Of a stretch of DNA of 64,000 bases, positions 52,800-64,000 are shown piece by piece. The notes beneath the pieces are model-generated. The model was not told the DNA's origin. It did not search any database and worked only from the letters and a program-made list of their open reading frames with translations. The position numbers and the translations under genes are program-made. This DNA comes from Octopus vulgaris (taxonomy: Eukaryota): contig OX597821.1 in the NCBI GenBank assembly GCA_951406725.2, forward strand, positions 85,250,001-85,314,000, read 5' to 3'. Position 1 is the first letter of the stretch; each line of letters starts with the position of its first letter.

Positions 52800-53170
52800 T
52801 GAAGAATGGTGACCCAAGCTGTAGGGGACTGCCAGAAATCTACTCTTGGAACCTTACCTTAAAGCTAACTTCTAAGTCTTGTATTTCTGCAAGGTTGTGC
52901 TTCCCTTGTCTGTGCCCTCCTGGGCTCATTCACAAAACAGTAATTGATAAGTATCTGGGCACTTCCTCCAGGATAGACATACACACTATATTTTGGGGGG
53001 TTTACTACTACTTTGAGATCTCATACTTAGACTCCCAATCATCATGTGTGGCCAGGTGTAGGTCTAGTATGAATCTTGATGAGAAAGCAGCTGTGTACTG
53101 GCATTGAAGACTTACATACAAGGTTGCTTCCTACTTTCATTATATAGACGATCCAATGGCAACAAACTGT
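52800..53170 (-). pseudogene. Decayed RTE-type ORF relic
   Basis: Minus-strand LFCE*AQEG...QKYK resembles LYGEL..G.R..GRP..RYKD; many stops and frameshifts. Confidence 0.4.
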
Positions 53171-54035
53171 AAGCAAGAGGGTTGCATATACTACTGCACT
53201 CACTATACATAGTCATGCATACATTCATGCACTCAAGACAACATTATCCAAAGTGTCCTTAGAAAAGAGCAGAATGGATAATCTGGTCTTGGTTGGAATG
53301 TCTTTGACCATAAGGTCTGCTCAATCAGGAGCTAAAAATAACTATATTTATACTGTTTGACTGTCGTTTTGCAATTAAAAATCAAACTTCTTTTTTTGCT
53401 GTCACAAACCACAGGTTTATTTTATTTATCTATTTTTTAGTTTATCATGAATATTATTGATTACTTTCAAAGTTTAACGATAATATATTTGCTGAACTAA
53501 TTAGCATTTAGGCCAACAGTAAACTGATTATATGACATCAGAATATCTTTAACTGTTTTATGTAACTTGGTATTCTATTCATTAGACTACAACCGTGTGG
53601 GACACTGCCAAATTGACCCCATTACTTGTTTTTAAAACTTGGTACTTATTCTGTTAGTCTCTTTCTCCGAACCCCGAAGTTATGGGGGAACATGAATACA
53701 CCAACACTGGTTACCAAAAGGTGGTGGGACGCACACACACACCTGTATATATATATATGTGTGTGTGTGTATATATATGCACACACACACACACACACAC
53801 ATACACAAAATGGGCTTCATCCAGTTTCCATCTAATTTGCAGCTGAGTGGACTCGACCAAGGTGAATTGAAGTGTTTTGCTCAAGAACACAATGTACTGC
53901 CCTTTTCAGAAATCAAAACCACAATCTTACGATCAAGGTAGCAATATCCTAACCACTAGGCCTCACGTCTTTACGTAATACCAATTACCCACCTGTAAAA
54001 TAGAAATGATTTCTATTTGTTGGTTTGAGACTGTA

Positions 54036-54179
54036 TCATCATCATCATCGTTTAACGTCCGTTTTCCGCGCTAGCACGGGTTGGACGGTTCGACCGGGGT
54101 CTGGAAAGCCAGGGGCTGCTCCAGGCTCCAGTCTGATCTGGCAGTGTTTCTACAGCTGGATGCCCTTCCTAACGCCAAC
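54036..54179 (-). mobile_element. Family C, 5'-truncated young copy
   Basis: (GAT)n tail; ccgcgctagcacgg variant stem. Confidence 0.85.
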
Positions 54180-54690
54180 ATGAAGTAAATTTCTATAGTA
54201 ATGTTTACTGTTTCAGTCCATTATTTGGACTGAACTTGTCTCTTTGTCTCCCATGTTTAAGGCTTTAAAGTCGTTAGTTAGCCCCATATTAATCATAATT
54301 GAGCAAACAGATGGTCAGGGGTATTCTAGTCATGACCATCTGTCTTTTTGGGGTTGATTAGAACTACCTTGTGTAATGTGTCCTTTTTGAAATGGCAAGT
54401 GTGATTTGAAGTAGGTCAAGCAACCACATAATTCCCCATCATTGGCTTAAACAATTTAAAGTATTTTCGATTTGTGAAAAAAGCATTTATATTAGTTAAA
54501 ATATTGTTTTGATAATTTACCTTGTGGGGGAAAAAAAAAAAGTCCTGCTCCTTCTGATTATTGCACCCCTATCAGTGATTTAGTGATATCATCTTATGTT
54601 ATTCAACTCTACTAAATCAGCCAGTAAATCTATATTTTCTGCTTGATTGACTCTTGATTTCTGGAGAGGATAAACGAGATGTTATGATGT

Positions 54691-55304
54691 TTAACCCTTT
54701 TGTTATGATATTTCTACTGAAATACACAACCTTTGTTCTGATTAATTTTGAAAATCCTCATCGTTGTTGTCTTTAAACATCCGTTTTCCATGCTTGCATG
54801 GATTGGATGGTTTGATAGGAGCTGGCCAGACTCCAGTTGTCTGTTGTGGCATGCTTTCTGTGGCTGGATGCCTTTCCTAATGCCAACCACTTTACAGAGT
54901 GTGCTGGATGCTTCCTACTAGCCATAGGCATGGGTGCATTTATGCAGCACTGATATAAGTGCATTTTATGTGGCACTGGCACCTGTAAAAGACAAATCTG
55001 CATTTATGGATGACTGGTTTTATTTAGCTTGACATGACTTCTCAAATTGCTGCAACTCTCAGTCCCTTGCCATTTCCTCTGTGAGGCCCAGTGTCCAAAG
55101 ATCCTTTCTCACCACTTTGTCTCATGTCATCCTGGGTCTACCCCTTGAACCTTGTAAACTAACTTTGCCATTATTAATCTAATGATTGAACAATAATTTA
55201 ACATGAAATTTAATGGAAGATTTCGAATAAGATCACTTTAAAACATGAAGTTCATATCCTAGAACCAAGGGTGGTTTCAGGCTGGTTCGTACAAACAGGG
55301 TTAA
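54691..55304. mobile_element. piggyBac-type MITE F2 with nested C copy (54758-55150)
   Basis: ttaacccttt...cagggttaa. Confidence 0.8.
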
Positions 55305-56436
55305 GCCTTTCCTATGATGTAGGGAAAATGAAACTGGCTAAAATAGAAATCATAAGTCTTTTGTTGGCTCAACATGTCAGTGATCTACTTCAAAGCATTC
55401 TCTGAAGATTAAATTAAAATTATAGAGTCCCAAATGTTATAATCAGTTGTAAGACTACCTTATTTTAGATTATGAAGACAAACCCATTGTGGATTTTTCA
55501 GTTACTATTTCCACAGTTATGTTGACCTTTTTGTGTTGATACAGTTTATCTGGTTTGATATTTTGTTATCTACAGTTTATTATTGGTTAGTACCTATTGT
55601 TCATTACACTCATCCTTTTATTTAATATAAATGTTTATGTCAATAAATAGTTATGTATCAGAGAAGGTGCCCTATCAAAAATGTGATTTTTCTTTGCAAA
55701 TTATGAATTGAGAAACAAACAACTGGAGCATTTTTGAGGATAGACTGTGGTCATGGTTCAGGATGGGCCATGGTGATGACGTAGGACAGACTAGAGATGA
55801 TAACATGATAGACTGTGCTAATGACGCAGGACTGACTGTTGTGATGACATAGGACAGATTACAAACAATATGATAGTCTGTGATGTAGCTTATTGCTGAC
55901 CATCCTGTATAAATGCCGGTCAGTGAAGCCATGTTAGTTTGATGCTTTCGAATTCTTATGACTGCAGCCCTTACTAGCATCACTCAAGTCCTGAGTAACA
56001 CCAATAAGCATCACTTAATATTTTTATTTACTTTGCGTCTGATTTAGTTTCGTTATTAATCCAAACTTATAGAAATGTCTAATCTTAACTAGCTTAGTTA
56101 TTGTTTGCTTTTTAACTCTTTAACTTGAGTGCAACTTGCAACATCACCAATTATAATTAGACATCTATTAACACTAACTCTGTATTTATGATCTTCTTTA
56201 TAAGTTTTGTTCTGTAACCACAGATCTGTAAATAGAATGATTGCATATACCTGCTGTAACATGTGTTGCTGGTAGCTAGCTATCAACTTGAAATGGTTCA
56301 CTTGAATTAAATTTTGCATTTAATTAGTTTTATGACATCCATTTTAAAGAGCGCCACCTGGTACTTGGGTGCTCTTAGCAGAGTTCGTTCCCTTTTAAGC
56401 ATTCCTTTGACTCTTCATGGTTGAGTTACGACTTCC

Positions 56437-56623
56437 TTACTCTTTTACTTGTTTCAGTCATTTGACTGCGGCCATGCTGGAGCACCACCTTTAGTCGAGC
56501 AAATCAACCCCGGGACTTATTCTTTGTTAGCCCAGTACTTATTCTATCGGTCTCTTTTGCCGAACCGCTAAGTGACGGGACGTAAACACACCAGCATCGG
56601 TTGTCAAACACAAACACACACAC

Positions 56624-56656
<33 letters not shown>

Positions 56657-56831
56657 CATACATATATACGACAGGCTTCTTTCAGTTTCCGTCTACCAAA
56701 TCCACTCACAAAGCATTGGTCGGCCCGGGGCTATAGCAGAAGACACTTGCCCAAGATGCCACGCAGTGGGACTGAACCCGGAACCATGTGGTTGGTTAGC
56801 AAGCTACTTACCACACAGCCACTCCTGTGCC
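56437..56831 (-). mobile_element. Family A SINE, young
   Basis: Near-identical to 15565 copy. Confidence 0.93.
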
Positions 56832-56849
56832 TTGATTAACTTACATGAT

Positions 56850-57370
56850 AATAATAATGATTTCAAATTTTGGTTCAAGGCCAGCAATTTCATGGGTGGG
56901 GATTGGTCAATAACATCAACCCCAGTGTTCAACTGGTACTTATTTTTGACCTCAAAAGGATGAAATGTAAAGTTCACCTTGGCAGAAATTGAACTCAGGT
57001 GAAATACCGTTAAGCATTTTGCCTGGTGTGCTAATGATTCAGTCAGCTCACCACCTTGATAATAATATTATTATAATAATGATAATAATGATGGCTTCAA
57101 ATTTTGGCACAAGGCCAGAAACTTTGGGGGAAGGTGGTTTATTGGTTACATCAACCCCAGTGCACAGTTGGATGAAAAGCAAAGCCGACCTTGGTTGAAT
57201 TTGAACTCAAAACATAAGCATTTTGCCCTGCACAGTTATGATTCTACCAGCTCGCTGCTGTGATAGTAATATTGGTTTCAAACTTTGGCACAAGGTCAGC
57301 AATGTTGGAGGGAGTGGGTAAATCTATTACATCAACCCACAATACGCAGCTGGTATTTATTTTATCAACT
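56850..57370 (-). mobile_element. Three head-to-tail family B copies
   Basis: Repeated ttcaaa(t/c)tttgg..caagg..ag...acatcaaccc blocks separated by (AAT)n-like tails. Confidence 0.75.
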
Positions 57371-57372
57371 CT

Positions 57373-57770
57373 AATAATAATAATGAAATTAATTGTATAC
57401 AGTGCTCAGGTGCACCACAACTTGTCAGAAAGTGCATATAAAGTACATGCAGTAATGTAGAAATGTCTGGAAAGCGAACAATGTATGAGTCAGATACATG
57501 CTTGTGTGTGTATGGAGAGGAGAAAATCAGGTGTAGTGTTGGCGAATCTCAGGAAGCATGGAAGTTTTGAAGGATGCAGTGCTCCGACAACTAACAACTG
57601 ATGCCAGCAGTTTGTTCCATGCTTCAGCAACTCTCAGCATGAAAAAATGTTTCCTGAAGTCATGGGAGCTGTGCTGTTTTCTTATTTTGTAAATATGTCC
57701 ACGGGTGTTAGATGGGTGGAGTTTGAAAAGGTGCTCAGAGTTATTGTTTGTATGATGGTTGATAATTTGA
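57373..57770 (-). mobile_element. CR1-type LINE 3' end (ORF2 C-terminus + 3'UTR)
   Basis: ORF 57527-57796: TRGHIYKI...RKHFFMLRVAEAWNKL..SVVS..STASFK, the CR1 TRGH..K/FF..RV...WN.L motif; (ATT)n tail. Confidence 0.9.
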
Positions 57771-58249
57771 TAATCCTCTAAAAGGATGAAAAACAAAGTC
57801 CAGCTTTACAAGATATTATTTTAACTTCTAACATTATCTTTTCGTAAAAGAGTTAAATTGATATCAATGCAGTAAATGGTTTTGCAAAACATATGTAAAT
57901 ACATCCAATATTTGTTAAGGTGGAAAAGTAAATGATTTGAGTGTTTGTAACTATGTTGGAAAGCTGAATACATCAATTGATTCATTCAATCTGTAAATGT
58001 TATTCTATTTGTTCTGGTCAAAATAGAAATGCTCTGTTGAATCAAGTTACCCCCTTGTACATTCTGAGTTCAAATCCCAGTGAAGTTGGTTTTTACCTTT
58101 CACTCTTTCTCAGATTTAAATCTTCCAGATTTGGGATTTTATGTATGTGTTGGAAATCTTTATGTGAAGGTATTTTATTTCAGTATGAAATAAAATGACT
58201 TCCATATTTCCATTCTATATGTATACATCTTGTTAAAAGGATTTTTATT

Positions 58250-58462
58250 TAGGCTGTGAGCTGGCAGGATCGTTAGCATGCCAGGCGAAATGCTTAGCGG
58301 TATTTCATCTGTCTTTACATTCTGAGTTCAAATTCTGCTGAGGTAGACTTTGCCTTTCAGGGTCAATTAAATAAGTACCAGCTATGTACTGGGGTCGATG
58401 TAATCGATTTAATCCCCTCCCTCAAGTTGCCCTTGTGATAAAAATTTGAAATCATTATTATT
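58250..58462 (+). mobile_element. Family B SINE
   Basis: gagctggcaggatcgttagcatgccaggcgaaatgcttagcggtatttc... Confidence 0.85.
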
Positions 58463-59090
58463 ACTATCATGCATTAAATTGAACTAAATTAATTTCCTTA
58501 TAAGAGCAAGAAAATTGAATATATCTGAACAAACTGCCTTTCCCCATTTTGTTCTTCCTGGTTACAAATTTCACTTTTTTTGTGAAAACTGGAAAAATGT
58601 GCTTATTGTTGAAATTTTATTGCTGTTTTTTTTATTGTTGTTTTTCATGTGAAGACATTAATCAATAAGCTGTCTACATTAATTGGTAATCAAAATTATC
58701 CATTTAAAAGAGCTTATATTTCAAATTGAACCAGTTACTATAGCAACTAACTGAAATATGGGAAGTAACTCTTGCCTTAATACTTCAGTTATATTTTTAA
58801 AAAAATAGTAAATCTCTTAACTTTAAAGAAGTCACAGTTGGAAATAATTAAAATTTATCTATTCTGTATCTATGCACAGTTGTAAGTAATTAAAATCTAT
58901 CTATTCATAATATCTTTGAGGTTATTGCAAGCTTTTTTTTCTATGGAAATTAGTTTAATTTGCACCAGTTATGAGTGGATTTTGCACAGTACAGTGAATG
59001 CTAGATAGAATTTTTAATAGTATTTAATTTGAGTTTGATGCCTGCTGAGATATTTTTTATCATTCTTTACACTGAGGTGCATGTTCATCA

Positions 59091-59722
59091 TTAACCCTTT
59101 AGCACTCAGATTACTCTGTCAAATGCAAAGCTTATTCATTCACTTTGTTTTGAATTAATCGTGCACCATCCTGTAGTTTTGAAATTTTTCAAAGATGTGA
59201 TTCATCATCATCATCATCATCGTCATTTAGCGTCCGCTTTCCATGCTAGCATGGGTTGGACAGTTCACCTGGGGTCTGGAAGCCAGAAGGCTGCACCAGG
59301 CCCAGTTTGATCTGGCAGAGTTTCTACGGCTGGATGCCCTTCCTAACACCAACCACTCCGTGAGTGTAGTGGGTGCTTTTTACGTGCCACCCACACAGGT
59401 GCCAGACGGGGCTGGCAAAACAGCCACGGACGGATGGTGCTTTTTACGTGCCACGGGCACGGGGGCCAGGCGAGGCTGTCAACAGCCACAAACGGATGGT
59501 GCTTTTTACGTGCCACCGGCACAGGGGCCAGTCGGACCGGCGCTGGCAATGGTCACGATCGGATGGTACGCTTACTTGTCACCGGCACTGGTTATCTATT
59601 TTTTTTTCTTTTTTAGAATGACATTGTAGGCTAAGTGTGGGAGGGCAGATTTGGTTTGTTTGAATGTAAAACAGGTAGAATATTTTGGCCTGATATGGCT
59701 GGTTAAAATGTGGACAGGTTAA
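59091..59722. mobile_element. piggyBac-type MITE F1 with nested C copy (59203-59592)
   Basis: ttaaccctttagcact...aggttaa; the C insert has ~62-67-bp diverged units. Confidence 0.85.
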
Positions 59723-61762
59723 AGTGTTTGACACAACACTTTGCATGAAAAATTTTATTTTAAAAAGGTAAAAAGTCAATCAGTAAATCGCTGTGGTAAA
59801 ATTATATTATTTATGAGTGTAGAAGAGACAGGAGTGTATTTGTTTTTTATAATTTAGAAAATGAAATCCATTGCTGCATATTTTCAAGTTCAAACCCTGC
59901 TAGAGTTGGTACTGATTTTTCCCTCTTCAGATTAATAAAATAATCACCAGTATTATATCAGTCAGTCAACCATATCATCTCCCATTTCATAGCAAGTGGT
60001 CTACTATCTAGTGAACAAAATCATTGTGATATTGTAGATTTGTGCTACACTTAGCCAACACAGTTGAGAAGTGGGTTTGTTTGAGCTTTTGTCCTCACTG
60101 TAATGAAATAAGCTATCCTCTGATTGTTTGCCAACCAGCTAGGTTTAGTTCACTCTTATTATCACAATTAGTTGGGATATTTCTCATTCTGTTCTCAATA
60201 TAATTGATTGCTGGACAGTCTCGCTCCCATTACACTATATATAACTTTGGTTTGTTCCAACAACAGTTGACTTTTATCTGAGTCTCTGACACACACACAC
60301 GCCCCACACAGCTATAGCTTAATTGCTATTTTCACTCGAGGTATATAGTTCAATACACACACACACATACATTCATGTAAATATATATTCATTCATATTT
60401 ACTTAGGAAGGCAACATTCACATTTACATATAGCAAATATTTACCTACTTGTGTATTCACACTTAAATACATATTCTAATCTTTTGAATACATTTTAAAT
60501 ACATGCGCATACATCTTGCTAGTGAATATTTTTGACTCCCCCTTAGTGTTTAAGTTGTCATTCTATGTCTCCCAAAGAAATTATTCCTCATCTATGGGTT
60601 TCAATTTAAACAAACATTTCTTAGGCCGTTTCAGGAAATATTTGTCTCAGTTCATTATTAATTACCATTGTGTGTGTGTGTGTGTGTGTGTGTGTGCATG
60701 TGTGTGTGAAGAACCTCATAGTATTCCCTGGACACTGACCAAATTCACTCTTTCCAGCCACTTCCAACCCTAGGGCCCATACATAATTATATTTAATAGA
60801 TAATTACAACAATCACTATATATGATACCTGTAGAACTTGTGAATCTTCTTACATGCATGCACATTAAAATAACACATTATGAAATGTCCATTACATTCG
60901 GAATTGTACAAAGGTAAAAAGCATTCAGTTGGATACTTTCCAGTATCTGGAACTAAGAGTTTTAAGTTCAAATCGATTCAAAGTGGTTACAATAAAATGA
61001 AAACTATTACAATAAAAAAAATTTTGGTAAAATTTGTGTAAGCTTTGATGTCTGCCCTTAACTTTTGAGTCAGAGAATTGATCGCATGTACATTGTAATT
61101 AATGTATGTAATTAAACGAAGTCATGGTATTGCTATCATGTTGGAAGATGGAATATGATAAATGATATGATAATTGAATATTTTAAACCACACTGATATT
61201 TGATATCATTATTCTGTTACATAAACAAGCAAGATAAAATAGATATCGTTGTGAAGTGAATATTTTAACTTATTACACCTACAGCTAAAATAATTTTATA
61301 GTCGGTCAGCTTTCAGTCTTAACCACTCTGTCTTAAATTGTGACTAATACCTGGATTTTAGCAAGGTTGATTGAACTGTCAGTGATGTCTTTCATTTAGA
61401 AGAACAAGACAATAAGTGTTAATAGTTTGTTTCTTGTTCCATGTTGCCATTTAGCCCCAGGTCAAACTTTGAGTAAACCCAACTATGACCATCTTGACTT
61501 TCTAAGAGTATATAGTTATCTCCAGTGTGCTATTTCCCTATTTAAAACAGTAGGATGGGATTTGAAGGAAATTTAGCTGCTATTTCTAATTAGTCTGACA
61601 ATCACCCTTTTGCGTTCCACTTTGGTTAATTTGAAGAGTTTTTTTGGGGGTTTTTTTTCTTGTACAGAACACTCTATTCTTTACTGTTTCAGTTTAACTA
61701 GCTGTTGAGAATAGGTATCTAGTCATCTAAGCAGGTTATCTGCAATAGACTAGTGTCTAGAG

Positions 61763-62006
61763 CAGTGGTTGTCAACCAGGGTCCATATAAGATTTTTGTT
61801 GTTAAAATTTGTGTGCAGTAAATTGCTTATACTTCTACAATACAAAAAATATTTCGACAATCTTTTTTTTATACAGTTTGTTATAGTATTTAATTAAAAG
61901 ATACAACTGTATGTTTTTTTTATATGCATCAAATAGCTATGGAGGCCCAGTAGAATAAAATAGTAATCAAAGGGGTCCATAAGCAAAAAATGTTTGAAAA
62001 CCACTG
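61763..62006. mobile_element. hAT (Charlie-type) MITE
   Basis: TIR cagtggtt(g/t)tcaa; TSD gtctagag/gtctagaa. Confidence 0.88.
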
Positions 62007-63127
62007 GTCTAGAAGAATGTCTAGAAATAGTGCTTAATGTTTCGAGCACTCCCTCTTATTCATCTCTCCTTAGCAGTTATATATATTGAAAAAACTGTTG
62101 ATGGTATTGATTGATGTCATTGACAGTGCCTTAGCTTCAGCACCAGCAGCCTGTATGATTTATTGGAATGGCCAGATAACCCTCTGTATGGACAACAGGG
62201 CAGTTAAAAGCTACACTCTGTGAGGAGTACCAAACTAACTGGACATTGAAGTGTAGTTTATAGTGCCAAGAATTGGTCTATTCATGTGAAATATTAATGG
62301 TTATATGAATTGGTAAAATGCAACTAATTCAATTTCCAAGAGTACATTATGTATGTATTACTATGATTCCTACATTGGCACCAGGCCACAGATTTTCTAG
62401 GAAAGAGAACTGAATCAACCAAGAAACATTTAGTGCTTGTGTCCTTAATTATAGGGATAAAGTCAAGAATGAATTTAGTGCAAATTTGTATTTCTTGCAA
62501 TTCAACTACAATTTATTAAAACAGTGTTCTCGTGTCCCTCTGTTTTACTGGATGCTACTTTCTCTATTTCTCACAGTAGTTTTATATTCTTGGAAGTAAT
62601 TGTTACACCAGACGGTAATAACTCTGACCGGAATACAATAACTACAACTGATGACTGATATTAACGGTTCCTCTCACTTCTCCCCCTCGTTGCCGATACA
62701 AAACTGAAGGACACATTGTATTGTTACCAATCAGTGACTTGTTTTTCTTTTGTCTACTGAATATTTTTTATTGTTTACAAAGTTGAATTGATCCAATAAA
62801 AAGAGAAAAAAAAAGAAACCCCTTGTAAATAACAAATAGCAATGAGGTCGGACACTGAATCTGTGTGCAGTATTCATATATCAGTAACAACGAAGAAGAC
62901 GATGACATTTTTACTTGTGTGTGAAGTTTCACATTTATTACAGATCTTTCTCATTGGTACTATTTGTAGAGTAGCTTTTATAATTAGGGATTAGCACTGA
63001 ATCACAAACTCTGCACAGAAGTAACTTCACCGCACATTGATACTATTATTGATGCTGCTGCTGCTGATGATGATGATCTGTAACACAAACATAAAAGGCT
63101 GTAAATCTAGAGGCAGTTAGAATTTAA

Positions 63128-63300
63128 CTCTCTTTACTCTTTTACTCGTTTCAGTCATTTGACTGCGGCCATGCTGGAGCAGCACCTATGGTCGAGCAAA
63201 TCGACCCTGGGACTTATTCTTTGCTAGCCCAGTACTTATTCTATCGGTCTCTTTTGCCGTAAACACACACCAGCATCGGTTGTCAAGCAATGCTAGGGGT

Positions 63301-63358
<58 letters not shown>

Positions 63359-63531
63359 GACAGGCTTCTTTCAGTTTCCGTCTACCAAATCCACTCACAA
63401 GGCATTGGTCGGCCCGGGGCTATAGCAGAAGACACTTGCCCAAGATGCCACGCAGTGAGACTGAACCCGGAACCATGTGGTTGGTAAGCAAGCTACTTAC
63501 CACACAGCCACTTACCACACAGCCACTCCTG
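63128..63531 (-). mobile_element. Family A SINE, young
   Basis: Full match, small internal deletion, 15-bp head duplication. Confidence 0.92.
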
Positions 63532-63716
63532 GTTCTTTTTATTATTATTATTTTTTTTAATTAACTATAGGGAACATTGTTAGGATTTAAACTTTGTGAC
63601 AGTGGTTTCTAAATTGGTACAAGGCCCCACATTTTAGGAGTGTAAATACAATAATTTGAATCTTTTGTTAATGAAACAACCTGTATAACAATGATAGTAA
63701 ATACAATCTTTGCACC

Positions 63717-63952
63717 CCCATTTCTTTATTACCCACAAGGGGCTAAACATAGAGGGGACAAACAAGGACAGACAAACGGATTAAGTCGATTACATCGACC
63801 CCAGTGCGTAACTGGTAATTATTTAATCGACCCCGAAATGATGAAAGGCAAAGTCGACCTCGGCGGAATTTGAACTCACAACGTAACACAGACGAAATAC
63901 CGCTAAGCATTTCGCCCGGCGTCCTAACGTTTCTGCCAGCTCGCCGCCTTTT
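63717..63952 (-). mobile_element. Family B SINE, young, with 12-bp TSD
   Basis: TSD aatctttgcacc at 63705-63716 and 63953-63964; CpG-rich. Confidence 0.92.
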
Positions 63953-64000
63953 AATCTTTGCACCATCTTGTCAGAATTGGAACCTGCTTCTGGGTTTTGT

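Noticed and set aside
62520-63000. Possible exon or promoter in a TE-free, CpG-containing stretch
   Set aside because: No coherent acceptor-ORF-donor combination found; not supportable without transcript data.

Overview
AT-rich eukaryotic, largely non-coding DNA packed with interspersed repeats and microsatellites. The repeat families look like those of Octopus (coleoid cephalopod); this is recognition from memory, not a database hit. I found no intact cellular gene. The listed ORFs are translations of SINEs, microsatellites or TE relics. Contents: several SINE-like families (local labels A-E, G), piggyBac-type (TTAA), hAT-type (8-bp TSD) and Tc1/mariner/pogo-type (TA) MITEs, a decayed mariner transposase, RTE and CR1-type LINE fragments, Helitron/Helentron-type elements and a 1-kb pyrimidine minisatellite. 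The apparent T-rich + strand and the mostly antisense retroposons suggest one or more long introns of a + strand gene, with one candidate 54-nt exon. The items most worth checking are a box C/D snoRNA candidate with canonical k-turn geometry (15416-15521), Penelope-type hammerhead-like motifs with a non-canonical CUGUUGA core (one in a (TA)n-embedded element), a (TA)n-anchored family with a conserved terminal hairpin, several long perfect fold-backs, and modular or VNTR-bearing SINE architecture.
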